Shown one piece after another: positions 12,382 through 25,319 of a DNA stretch of 64,000 bases. Positions within the stretch are counted from its first letter, which is position 1. Every line of letters begins with the position of its first letter. This DNA comes from Octopus bimaculoides (Eukaryota), in the NCBI RefSeq assembly GCF_001194135.2, contig NC_068988.1, forward strand, positions 64,371,999-64,435,998. The letters run 5' to 3'. The position numbers and the translations under genes were made by a program. The notes beneath the pieces are model-generated. The model made no database searches and was not told where the DNA came from. It saw only the letters and a list, made by a program, of their open reading frames with translations.

Positions 12382-13021
12382 AAATATTCAGCTGCATATT
12401 CTACAATATCATTTAACGACATGACCATCCGGTTGATTAAACAATTAGAGTACTGATCGTCGACACCGACGAAAAAACTCTTTACCTCTACGTTATACAT
12501 ACACGCATGCGCACACGAACACATGTCCCACAACCGTCATAACATAATTACATTGTAACACCTAACCCAATTAATTCTGTAGACACTAAAATTCTGACAA
12601 ACCAGCGCTAATCACTAACTGAAGCCTTGGCTTATATATAATATTAATAGTGAATGTTTAACTTCGATGCTTCATTAAAATTGGCTTCACAAAACAGTTC
12701 TGAGAAGCCAGTTTTGAAAGCCACACTCTGAAGTCAATCTAAACATTAAATATTACGAACAGTACTTAAGTCGTTCGTTCATTTTATATTTAGGGTGTCA
12801 ATAATTACACAAATCTTCTTTACAATTACAATGACGTAGCTAGAATATGGTACTACCCGGGACAACCCTACAGTTTTCCGCCCGCCACCAACACTATCTG
12901 TGATTTTATTTTTGATCTTCTAAATAAATGAAGATATTTCCTCCGTCTGGCTGTTTTTCTCTCTATAAAACGTAAAGTTACATTGTAGAACAGTCATTTT
13001 AACGAGTTGTATTTATTCATC

Positions 13022-13055
13022 ACCCGTTTCGGCCTGCCAGCCTTCATCAGACAGT
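13022..13055 (-). ncRNA. Degenerate minimal hammerhead-like motif (Penelope-type tail)
   Basis: Minus strand CTGATGA-A-GGC(TGGCAG)GCC-GAAAC-GG-GTG followed by AATAAA. The triplet is GUG, not NUH, and stem I is poor. Confidence 0.4.
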
Positions 13056-13280
13056 CTGATGTCACAGTCACCAGTCATCTGGTAAAAGCATAATAAATAT
13101 ATACTCTAGAAAAACTAATGAGTAAATCCTTTTCAGTTTAGTGCAAAATTGTTTTATTACACCTCGACACAAAAATGAAACTGAATGTTATGGGTTTCGG
13201 TTAACCACGAACAAATTAATGTATATAATACAAAAAAGAGTTAAATTTTCGAGATTATAGTCTTTTTAGTGATTATTGAT

Positions 13281-13330
13281 CGTGACTCGGAGTTTCGTGT
13301 CAATGGAAAACGCCGAATGCTCATCAGACG
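13281..13330 (-). ncRNA. Type I hammerhead ribozyme motif with intact catalytic core and decayed stem II
   Basis: Minus strand CGT-CTGATGA-G[CATTCGGCGTTTTCCATTGACA]C-GAAA-CTCCGA-GTC-ACG. Full core, G-C closing pair, near-palindromic stem III (ACTCCGAGT), GUC triplet and 3-bp stem I CGT/ACG. Confidence 0.6.
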
Positions 13331-13950
13331 TTTTCTCATATGATCTCGATATAATTACCAGCGACTTTTAAGGAAATACTGTTTCAGTGACGTTTAGATT
13401 TTCCGGTATTGAATTGTGGAATAAAATTACGTATTACGTAATCATTTAATTATGCAATATAGTAATTTAAATAAAAAATAAAAGATTTCGTTCTAGTCTT
13501 GTCGTATGTAAATACGTTATTCTATAGAAAAGATCACATGCCGCTCACAATCAGTATTAATATATTAAGGAATTGTATCGCTTACCAAAATTTTAGACCA
13601 TTTGTAGTTCTATGTCTTTTATCTGTACGTAGAGCCGTAGGTGCATACAAATGTGTATTCATATATGTGTGTATATACATATATCTAGTTGCCGTATGTA
13701 TAATAAGCTTACATTAACAACACACACAAGCATATTCTGACATACTGAGAAACGCATGCCTACATACATGCATGCTATATACAAACACACACACACACAA
13801 GTAGAGAGAGAGAGACAGACAGACAGTCGCATAGACATAATCCTCACCACCTCTCATACTCTCACATCCACCTTCATCATCATCTTCGTCATCAGTATCG
13901 CTATCTACGGATCATTCTAGGGAAGAGTATATCAAATAATAATAATAATA

Positions 13951-14166
13951 ATCCTTTCTAATGGAAGCACAAGGCCTGAAATTTTGGGAGAAGGGGCGAG
14001 TCGATTACATCGACCCCAGTGTTTGATTGGTACTTAATTTATCGACCCCGAAATGATAAAAGGCGAAGTCGACCTTGACGGAATTTGAACTCAGAACGTT
14101 ACGACGGGCGAAATAACCGTTAAGCATTTCGTCCAGGGCGCTAACCATTCTGCCATTTTGCCGCCG
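13951..14166 (-). mobile_element. tRNA-derived SINE, family B
   Basis: Head CGGCGGCAAAATGGCAGAATGGTTAGCG, B-box GAGTTCAAATTCC and body GGGGTCGATAAATTAAGTACC. Confidence 0.85.
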
Positions 14167-14446
14167 TTAATAACTATAATAATAACAACATTATCATCAA
14201 CGAATTAATGATTAATTCCGAAAGACTAGATTTTTGTATAGTTAAGGGAACAATTTGCGGGCGGTCGGTTGAGCAACTCCTAAGTTTACATGGTGAACAT
14301 CCTTATATAGTGATAGGGAGGTGAGAGACAGAAGAATTATAGAGAGGAAGAGATAGATAGATAGAGAGAGAGAGAGAGAAGGAGGGAGAGAGAGAAAGAG
14401 ATTAGCTAACAGTTGACGGGTTCCTGATTACCAGAGAGCTTACGCT

Positions 14447-14459
14447 GTTGCTAGGCAAC
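14447..14459. promoter_or_regulatory. RFX X-box-like palindrome GTTGCTAGGCAAC
   Basis: Matches the RFX consensus in unique sequence; motif match only. Confidence 0.4.
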
Positions 14460-14577
14460 CAGACATTTGCGTTTACTTTTTCGTGAGCTGAATACATACA
14501 TTAGTCTAGCAGTTGTCTCATCAGTGCTAGTGCGCATGACAACTAGCAGAGACATTTGCGTGTTTGCATGTGTACGA

Positions 14578-14617
<40 letters not shown>

Positions 14618-15339
14618 NNNNNNNNNNNNNNNNNNNNNNNNNNNNNNNNNNNNNNNNNNNNNNNNNNNNNNNNNNNNNNNNNNNNNNNNNNNNNNNNNNN
14701 NNNNNNNNNNNNNNNNNNNNNNNNNNNNNNNNNNNNNNNNNNNNNNNNNNNNNNNNNNNNNNNNNNNNNNNNNNNNNNNNNNNNNNNNNNNNNNNNNNNN
14801 NNNNNNNNNNNNNNNNNNNNNNNNNNNNNNNNNNNNNNNNNNNNNNNNNNNNNNNNNNNNNNNNNNNNNNNNNNNNNNNNNNNNNNNNNNNNNNNNNNNN
14901 NNNNNNNNNNNNNNNNNNNNNNNNNNNNNNNNNNNNNNNNNNNNNNNNNNNNNNNNNNNNNNNNNNNNNNNNNNNNNNNNNNNNNNNNNNNNNNNNNNNN
15001 NNNNNNNNNNNNNNNNNNNNNNNNNNNTATATATATATATATATATATTATACAAATATACATATTCGCATATATATGTACGCAGTCTTTTTTCTTTTAT
15101 TCTTTTATATGTGTATATATATATGTGTGTATGTATATAAATGCATGTGTATGTATGTATGTATGTATGTATGTATACATGCATGCATGTAAGTAAACAT
15201 AGATACACTTATTTGTGTGCGAATCCTTACAAACACAAACATACACACACCACACACACCCGTTTATATACTCACAATTGTATTCGCACACAAACAAATA
15301 CAGAGATAAGTCGACACACTTATTCACCAATACAGATAG

Positions 15340-15725
15340 ATCTGACACCTGATGTAGACTTACTGTAGACTTACTGTCTTACTGTAATAACCAATGCAAT
15401 GTGATAAGGAAATAGACCTGTTCACCTAACGTAGACTAACTTTTCTTCCTGTAATAATCAACTTCACCGCAGATTGGTTTGAGACATGATGTAGATGTAC
15501 CTGTCTGCTGTAAGAATGAATGTACATGGGTATTGAGAAATACTTGTCTACTAACGCAGATAAGGAATAATATCTGTCTACCAACGGAAGTAGGTCTAAC
15601 ATCTGCTGCAGCCTTCTTTGTCTTACTGTAATAACCAACACACTGGGGTAAGGAAACACCTGTCCGCCCACGCTTTTTGATTTGATACCTGAAGTAGTCT
15701 TACTTGTCTTAATGTAATAATCACC
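15340..15725. repeat. Highly diverged irregular tandem repeat (GTCTTACTGTAATAACCAA..GATAAGGAAA..ACCTGTC modules)
   Basis: The module recurs at about 15376, 15445, 15619 and 15705. Confidence 0.65.
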
Positions 15726-15846
15726 ACAAAGTTATTGTTATGGTGAGTGTATGTATGAATGGATCTGGAAAATCATTAATTCTATTCAAAAACGCAAAAC
15801 ATTGTCACAATGTCTGCGACAAAATCTACCCGTTGGAATTTCTCAC

Positions 15847-15876
15847 TTTTGAAAGGAAATTCAAGATCGACTCCAT
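15847..15876 (-). CDS. Candidate first coding exon (MESILNFLSK), phase-compatible with the 238-475 exon
   Basis: ATG in a strong context (aatATGG) and donor AAA|gtgaga at 15841-15846, phase 0. Unique UTR-like sequence runs upstream to about 16280. The link to 238-475 is inference only. Confidence 0.22.
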
Positions 15877-16449
15877 ATTTCTGTATGAAGATTTGCAGCC
15901 ATCGGTTGATATTATTAACCGTTAATTCATTTCTCTCCTTGTTTCTTTCTGTGTTCTTTTCTGTAGAAGAGCGTAGGCTCGAATCGTTAAAGACTTTTTC
16001 AATTCCTGGGCGTTAAACTAATACGTCTGTTTGTTGTCTACACCACCTGTCTTCGTCTTTTGTTGTTGTTTTTTTTTTTTGTCAATTCTCCCATATATAC
16101 TAATCGCTTTAAAGGACACATACACTGGTTTATGGCTATCAGCTGGAACCGAAAGGGAAAGCTTTCGACAAAGGATTTTCCCATTTACATTTAAGTCGGG
16201 AGTGGGGACGTTTTTGAAGTTTTTGAAGTTTCATATTGCTTGCTCGTTTTTTTTTCTTTTCTCCTGACGTAATCCGTGTTAGGTTGGTCATAACGTTTCG
16301 TGCAATGTACCTTGAGTATGGTCAACACAAATCACAAGATGAAAAGAGCAAAGCATTAATGAAAGTAATAAACAATATTAAATCAATTGTATTCAGATGA
16401 TTCCACTCAGAAATTTCTTTATTATTCCATATTAGGAACTTAGTGAGAT

Positions 16450-16865
16450 TTCTCGATAACGCTCCGACCAAGGAACACTTTGACCAGTTGCCGTTTTGAT
16501 CAAATAATGCATCGATCTGATAACGCTCCAACCATATTGCGCCTTGACCAGATAACTCTCTAAACATGGTATCACTTCGATTAGAAAAACGTTCGATGAG
16601 GTAACGCTTCAAAAAGGTAACAATCCAGCCAGGTAATGCTTCGGCCAATAATATTTCGACTAGATAACGCAATGGTTAGGTAACATTTCGACAATAGACC
16701 AAGTAACTTTTCGATCAGGTAACATGTCGACGAGACGACCGAGTAACGCTTCGCTCAAGAAACACTTTGGCTAAGAAACATTTCGACGTTTCAGCTAGGT
16801 AATTTTTTGATTAAATAACATTTCAAATAGCAATCATTTCGACCACGTACTACCTTCTCCAGGTA
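16450..16865. repeat. Degenerate minisatellite with an approximately 16-bp unit (consensus near TTCGACCAGGTAACAT), about 25 copies
   Basis: For example ttcgatgaggtaacgc|ttcaaaaaggtaacaa|tccagccaggtaatgc|ttcggccaataatat|ttcgactagataacgc. Confidence 0.85.
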
Positions 16866-17687
16866 ATCTACTAAACCACAAATCTAAACACAGATATTTG
16901 CCAAGCGTTTGAACGAAATCTTCCCAGTCTAATTCCAACTTCACCAGCAAAATACTGCTGTATCTCAACTTCTGCTATTGGAATCAACTAATTAAGTGCG
17001 CTGTTAAAGATCTGAGTATTTTGCCCTCAAGCAAAGCATATATCTCTTCTTAGCTCAGTCAACATAGCTGAAAATAGGCATCAATCTTATTTCGTGCTTG
17101 AGTAGTTAGCTTTAAGGCGGATATCCAAGTGTAAAACAGTTCGCCCAAACAAATCATACACGTGCTTGAATATATATAGAATCATATAACAAAATTTACA
17201 TGAATATAAAAGTGAAATTGGAAAAATAAAAATCTTTTTTTATATCTTCTTTTTAAATGCTTCAAAATTGAAAAATTGAAAAACTAAAACACGTTATTAA
17301 AAGTATGGCATTAACCATTTCAAGCGCAATAATGACTACTGCAGGCAAATATGCTAACTAAAAATAAAATCTAAGTATTTGTTAGGAATTAATTAATAAT
17401 TCCAAAAACTACACCTTCTGGCGAACACCATGCAGTGGCTTCTATATATAATAACTTTATTAAGCTGTGAATCCTGACGTCAATTAATTAGTTCCTGTAA
17501 TTCTGCAAGAACAAGGACCGCCACACACTAAATAGGAAGTTATATACAAATATCTTTAGTGTAAACCCTTGCAAATCCACATCGTCTGGCAGAACAAACA
17601 ATAGAAGCTGCATCGCTCTCTAGCACTATTCTGACTTGAAATGATCTTTTCCTTTTTGTTTTTGTTTTTTAGTTGTTTTTTTTTATA

Positions 17688-18045
17688 TCTTTTACTTGTT
17701 TCAGTCATGAGACTGCGGCCATACTGGGGCGCCGCCTTGCAGGGTTATAGTCGAACAAATCAACCCCAGGACTTAGTTTTCTTGTTTTTTCTTTTTTTTT
17801 TTTTTGTAAGCCTATTACTTATTCTATCGGTTTCTTTTGCCGCGAACCACTAAGTTACGGAGACATAAACACATCAACATATATATATGTATATATACGA
17901 CGGGCATCTTTCAGTTTCCGTCAACCAAATCCACTCACAAGGCTTTAGTTGGTCTGAGGCAATAGTAGAAGACACTTGCCTAAGGTGCCACGCAGTGGAA
18001 CTGAACCTGGAACCATGTGGTTGAGAACCAAGCTCCGTGCCACAC
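17688..18045 (-). mobile_element. Full-length family A SINE
   Basis: Head, CORE-like CACTTGCCTAAGGTGCC, internal (TA)n and 3' tail. Confidence 0.88.
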
Positions 18046-18066
18046 ACACACACACANNNNNNNNNN

Positions 18067-18094
<28 letters not shown>

Positions 18095-18097
<3 letters not shown>

Positions 18098-18258
18098 CAG
18101 ACTTCAACACAGTTCTCGTTCGCCAAATTATCTCACAGCAAAGCATTGGTCAGTCTGAGGTTATAGTAGAAGACATTTGTCCAGTGTGCCGTGCAATGGG
18201 ACTCGAAACTATATAGTTGCAAAGCGATCTCTTTATTCACATAGCCATGCATGTGCAC
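18095..18258 (-). mobile_element. Family A SINE 5' half, tandem to the previous copy
   Basis: Same head and CORE segment. Confidence 0.7.
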
Positions 18259-18917
18259 CTATTGTCAATAACATCCATTTTTTAATTGAAAGGTACATAC
18301 AGAGCAGTTAACAAAGCAATAATGCACATACTCACACACATACACACATACACCTACACACACATCTATAATGTATGTATGTAAAGAAATATATTTTGAT
18401 CAAACTATTTCCAACTGATTTTCCCCTATATCAAACTCTTTGGCATCGATGGCAGTTTTTCGACATGAAAGCGTTAATTTCTTGCCAAAATACAACGTCA
18501 ATGAGTGGAATCATAATGGCGCATGCAGTGAATTTCTACTCCAATTAAGAAGTCTCTTTTCATGTCCAGATACATCGATAAGTAAGGGACAAGAATGAAT
18601 ACATAGCTTATTGACTGTTAAACCTCTATTTTCTAATAAATAGCTTGAATCTAGTTTAATTCGTATCTAATTACATGTTTGTTTGTTTTTATTCTGTACT
18701 GTTTGAGTTTTTTCTTTTTATTTTTCTTACTAACTCTGGTTTATCGATTTAAACTTTAAAACGATATCAGGAAAGCTGTAAAAGTTTCTTTTAGATTACA
18801 TCATACAGACATATATCTGTAATATACTTTTTGCTTGGGCTGAAATGTTTCTTTCTGGTTAATGTAAACGGATACAGTTGAGTTGGTTAATCGTTTCCAA
18901 TATATTTCTGTTACGTA

Positions 18918-19131
18918 AGGCGGCGAGCTGGCAGCATCGTTAAGTACGCCGGGCGAAATGCTTAGCGGTATTTCGTCTGTCTTTACGTTCTGAGTTCAAA
19001 TTCCGCCTTGGTCGACATTGCATTTCATTCTTTCGGGGTCGATAAATTAAGTACCAGTTGTGCACTGGGGTTGATCTAATCGACTAGCCCCCTCTCCAAA
19101 AATTTCGAGCCTTTTACCTAGAGTAGAAAAG
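18918..19131 (+). mobile_element. Full-length family B SINE with a perfect 19-bp TSD
   Basis: TSD aatatatttctgttacgta at 18899-18917 and 19132-19150. Confidence 0.93.
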
Positions 19132-19410
19132 AATATATTTCTGTTACGTATTATTTCATCAACAGTGAAATCATGTGGTTAAGGTGTTGCACTTACGATC
19201 GCAAGGCTGAGGTTTCGATTCCCGGGCAGGGCGGTGTGTCATCTTCTTCAGTAAAACAACTCCATTGACAAATATCCTTTGATTCCACATCGAATTCCGT
19301 TTCATTGTTGGGTGTCGTTCTTGGATAATGTCACGCTCTAGTGGTGTTGTCCTAAGATCCTAAGATACTATACAGAGAGACTTTTCTTTTGGAGAGTTAT
19401 CCACTAATAC

Positions 19411-19525
19411 GCCTTTCATTCTTTCAGGGTCGATAAATTAAGTACCAGTTGCGTACTGGGATCGATCTAATCGACTGGCCCTTTCTCCAAAAATTTCTGG
19501 CCTTGTGTCTAGAGTAGAAAAGAAT
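19411..19525 (+). mobile_element. Family B SINE 3' half
   Basis: Near-identical to 19020-19131. Confidence 0.85.
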
Positions 19526-20165
19526 ATGTATAATATGTGGGACACTTATCAACTAACAATTGATGCCAACGCACAGAAACAGTTGTTGTGATGTCGAATA
19601 AAGCTTGTTCATTCCACCACCTTCTTGTATTACAAATTTATATATATATATATATATATATTATATAATGAACAGTGCATCATAAAGTTACGCAACTGTT
19701 AAACATACGAAAATAAATCAAATAGATTTCGCAATGAATCGAAACCCTCTCATACATTTGGTGACCTAGAAATTAGCCGAAGCACCAAAGTAAATTGCCA
19801 CAATATCAGTAATGGTTTCGAGTGAAATCATGGAATTGAAGATCGATGGGTTTGGTGGAAGGAATGAAGAGATATGGGGGAAAGTACAGCATTGATAGCT
19901 TGACTTAATACAGCAGTTAAAGAAAAACTGTGCTTTGCTCTATGTGAGATAGTGATAGACGATTCAGACAAATTTGTGATTTTCGTGGTGAAGGAGATAC
20001 GTATACCGAGAGTTTATGGGACCTGTGTGTGTGTGTGTGTGTAGGCGTATATAAATGTGTGTGTGTATGTGTGTATATGCATATTTTTGTATGCATGCAC
20101 ACACATAAATACATACATATCCTAACTGCCAATACTTTAGTACGTCAAACTTCCTCCTCCACACA

Positions 20166-20219
<54 letters not shown>

Positions 20220-20431
20220 CACACACATGGATATAGATAAAGGCAGACAGACAGACGGACAGACAGACGGATGGATGGATAGAATGATACATACGCGTAC
20301 GCATAGACATATACAAAACAAACATATATACACAAACATATGACAAGATAGATATATAAATACATATATGTAGATGTATGTGTCTATGTATATATGTACA
20401 TACATACATACATACATATATATATACGTGC

Positions 20432-20469
<38 letters not shown>

Positions 20470-20495
20470 GTGCATATATATACACACATAACGAT

Positions 20496-20562
<67 letters not shown>

Positions 20563-20840
20563 TACACATGTACTCGTATGTCTGTATACATAGGGAATCT
20601 ATATATCGAACTATCCATTCATCTGGCCAACGATATACTGTCCCCTTCTCTCTCCCTTTTAATCTTTATCTATCAAGCTAGCTATATATCTATCTATCCC
20701 TTACACCCTTTCTATCTATCTATCTATCTGTTTTTCTATCTATCTATTTATCTATTCTACCTACCTATTATTATATCTACTCCTCTCTCTCTCTCTCTCC
20801 TCTGTCCATTCTATCTCTCTCTCTTCTCTATCCATTCAGA

Positions 20841-20875
<35 letters not shown>

Positions 20876-21255
20876 GCATCTGTCTCTCTGCTGGTTGATT
20901 TCCAGCAAAACAGGAGCCAATCAACAAAGCTATAGTAATGCATGCGAGATGCATTTAGCTTCCAAATTGGATGAAAGCTCTCATGGCGATAGCAGACGTG
21001 AGAGTAATGGCGGGGTTTGGGGTTGGACAGGAAGCATGTGTTGTTGTCCAGCAGACGAATGATAAATAATACCACAGCCAGCCATTCGAAATATCCGAAA
21101 CTACTCATTATATTTTCTACTAAATCATCTTCAAACTCATAAATCTAAGCACATCTTCTCATATTGATCTCTCCATATCTCTTTCTCTCTCTCTCTATCT
21201 GTCTCTCTCTCTCTCTTTCTCTCTCCGTTGTCCTGCTCTTTCGTATGTGTGTGTG

Positions 21256-21289
<34 letters not shown>

Positions 21290-21299
21290 NNNNNNNNNN

Positions 21300-21344
<45 letters not shown>

Positions 21345-21469
21345 TTATGCAGAAAGAGATCTATATACATATATGTGAGTGTGTGACGAGAAAGAGAGAG
21401 AGAGAGCAAGGAAGAAAGGCAGAGCTGCAGGTAGATACAGATCTATCTGGCTTTGCATCCGAGTTTTGT

Positions 21470-21514
<45 letters not shown>

Positions 21515-21531
21515 NNNNNNNNNNGTTTTGT

Positions 21532-21573
<42 letters not shown>

Positions 21574-21575
21574 GC

Positions 21576-21606
<31 letters not shown>

Positions 21607-21656
21607 CATGCATGCATATATATATACACATATATACATGCATATATATATACGCG

Positions 21657-21687
<31 letters not shown>

Positions 21688-21771
21688 ACGTACATGTGTA
21701 TATATATATTTACACCACCTGTCCTNNNNNNNNNNGGTGAACCGCAGTATGGAGAGGGATTACTGTATGTG

Positions 21772-21810
<39 letters not shown>

Positions 21811-21858
21811 GCACACACATACATAACATACATTCGTACATATATATGTACGTATGTA

Positions 21859-21897
<39 letters not shown>

Positions 21898-21969
21898 CAT
21901 GATATAAAGTCCTTTTGTACCCAATCACCTACACTCATATACACACACACAAACGCAGACACACACGCG

Positions 21970-22012
<43 letters not shown>

Positions 22013-23754
22013 TTGTGATGGTGATTATGATACTGATTCGTAGTGAAATTCATAGCTAAAGAAATTGGTAGAGCAATCTGTTGTTCACGTTCTTGATGTT
22101 GTTGTTGTTGTCATTATATTTGTTGTTTTTGTTAGTATTAGTAATGGCGGTTTTTTCCGACGATGCTATTTACTTTACCACAAAGCCACATAATGAGAGA
22201 TAACGTCGTCTGTACATGACTGTCTTAAGCCAGTCGATTCTGCGGATCCATTCTATCTAGAATATGTCTGGCTCTGCTAAATCCAAGCTGACCATCTTGG
22301 CAACGATGTGGCTCACTGGTCACAAATGTTTAGATATCGTCTGCCATTTTTTTGCCAAATTATTCGATAAGAAAATACTGAATTTCTTTCTTGTATTCTC
22401 TTTTTTCTTTTCTTATTTTATGTCTGTTATATCTCTCTTTGCTTTCCCTGTCTCTCTCCCTCTCTCTTTCTTTCTCTCTGTACACACACACACACACACA
22501 TACACACGCGTTAATATATTTCTAAAACACAGTTATATATTTCTCTGTGCTCAAATTCAGTTTGAAACCATCTGTATTATTTATAAACGATGCGAGTGGA
22601 AGATAAAGAAATATATGTATGCGTGCTTATACATACGTACGTACATATGCATATAAGCATGATTTGATTTATAGGTTCATGCACAAACATACACAGGTTA
22701 CACGCATACATACACACATTCATAACCTACACGTACAGATACACAAACACATAAGCATACTCACTCTGACTTTCTCACACACTTATATAAGGTTGATTTC
22801 ACCATTCGGTTATGTTTTGCAAGCTTGCTCTATTTCAATCAACAGGTGGCGCATGGATCGATTTCCGCGTTTGTATTTCAGTATATCTGTCTATGCGTGC
22901 TGGGACTTTATTACATTATATTACAGTGGGGAATTTCTTTCTTTCTTTCTTTCTTTCTTCTTGTTTCTTTTTAATATATTTTTTAATGGCTTTAAAGCGC
23001 GGAAGATGAAGAATATATGAATGAGATAAAGTTAAATGCCTTCATCTTTTTTTACTTAAAGTACATTTTTTTCTTATACGCACACACACACACATACACA
23101 CACATTTATATTTACATATACATACACATGCATATACATACATATTTATAAATACATATTTATTACTTTTATATTTACAAATACATACACACATGCATGT
23201 ACGCACACACACACATACACACACGCGCGCGCATATGTATATATATATATATATATATATGCTTATGCTTATTAGTATTGACTTTCGCTTTCCCACTTCT
23301 CATCATTATTTCCGATTTTCCAGAGTTCTATAGTTCCACCATCTAAGCAACAATTCTTTACCATTTTTACCTCTGCACCGATTTCGTTGAATACCGCTTA
23401 ATAAACGACCTCTCCATATCTTTTACCAAAAAATAATAAATAAATATGCGCCAGGTTATTTTAATCTAAACAGACGATCATTTTTGCTCAGTAATTTATT
23501 AAGCTGCCTGTTCGTGTTCTATTCCTATCGAGTACCCTGTTATTCTTTCATACTTTAATTCTTTTATTTTTACTTGCTCTAGTCGTTCGATTGCGGCCTT
23601 GCCGAGTCATTGTCTTCAAGGATTTAGTCAAAGTAATCGGGACAAAGGTACTTAGTTTTTTTTTAAACTGAAGACAAAGATTTGGGGTTTTTTTTCTTTT
23701 GTTATTTCGAAATGTGTTCAAAAAATATACAATCTTTTATTCTTTTATTCTTAA

Positions 23755-23931
23755 ACTTGTTTCAGTCATTTGACTACGGCCATGCTGGAGTACAGCCTTA
23801 ACGAGTATTAGACTCCTAGTCTTATTCTTTGTAGACCTAGTACTTACTCTATCGGTCTCGTTTGCCGAACCGCTAAGTTACTAGGACATAAATGCACCAA
23901 CATCGGTTGTCAAGCGACAGCAGAGGGAGAA

Positions 23932-23935
<4 letters not shown>
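23755..23935 (-). mobile_element. Family A SINE 3' half
   Basis: TTTCAGTCATTTGACTACGGCCATGCTGGAG..GCCGAACCGCTAAGTTAC shared with other copies. Confidence 0.82.
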
Positions 23936-24009
<74 letters not shown>

Positions 24010-24013
24010 ATAT

Positions 24014-24064
<51 letters not shown>

Positions 24065-24887
24065 GAGAGAGAGAGAGAGAGAATGACTGTGTGTCTAATA
24101 TACATATGTATATATATGTCTTAGCTCAGTATAAATGAGTGGCAAGCTGATGAGATAGTTAGTATGTAGTCGTTCACCTAACAAGAAATACCAGTCAATT
24201 CTCGCTTCCTTTCAGATCACACGTTTTAAAAATGAGCGCATTACATAACGTAATCCGAGATACACTATGACTCGAAAAAAAAATAATAAATGAAAAATTG
24301 TAAACTGATCTGTCATTGATGAAATACGTCTTAGCCTTAAACATAAAACGTGCAACCGCTAAGGTGCCGCGCAATGGTACTGAACACAAAACCACCCGAT
24401 TACCAAGCGAGCTTCCTTAACCACACGGTCATATTTAAATACCGTTTACTATAAGTCGACACCCTGGAAACTGGGAATCACTGAGAAGGAAATCAGAGTG
24501 CTTAAGTAACATCATATGGATGGAATTCGTGTTTCTTCTGAGTGATAATTATAGAGAATGTATGTTAGCTGAAGAACGCCAGAAAGATAAGGAAGTACGT
24601 TTGGGGAAGGAGCGATAGGTTGTGTATATTTTCTTGTAGGAGTTAGGGGGTTTTGGGGGGGGNNNNNNNNNNNNNNNNNNNNNNNNNNNNNNNNNNNNNN
24701 NNNNNNNNNNNNNNNNNNNNNNNNNNNNNNNNNNNNNNNNNNNNNNNNNNNNNNNNNNNNNNNNNNNNNNNNNNNNNNNNNNNNNNNNNNNNNNNNNNNN
24801 NNNNNNNNNNNNNNNNNNNNNNNNNNNNNNNNNNNNNNNNNNNNNNNNNNNNNNNNNNNNNNNNNNNNNNNNNNNNNNNNNNNTATA

Positions 24888-24927
<40 letters not shown>

Positions 24928-25319
24928 TAAATTCAGGGAATAGAGCAGGTAAAATCCAGGCTACATATGTTTCCTAGCAAGGAAGACCTCAGAAGTAGTA
25001 ATTACTCAACGAGTGGTACTCCTCTAGCTACCCATCAAGCCGAAGATACCTTAGTTAAATGAAGGTTATATTATCGTCAAGGGATCTCGAGTTAACTTGC
25101 AGGGGAATTGATAAAAGATTAGTAGAAAGCACGGAGTGAGAGAATAAAAGAGAAAAACAAATTTACAACCTTCTACGCCAATAAACTACTGTTGTTCTTG
25201 AAAGTTGTTTTTTATATACCTTCTACGAACTGCTCGAAGATTACTAGCTTCTTACACCTAGATCCTTGGAACTTATACTTACGTACATGTTATGATATAT
25301 ATATATAACATTTCTCCGT

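Noticed and set aside
14470-14527. CTGATGAG..CGAAA on the minus strand
   Set aside because: No stem II, stem III or NUH triplet.
25030-25085. CCGAAGATACC..GGTT..GTC, possible hammerhead remnant
   Set aside because: The GAAA core is absent.
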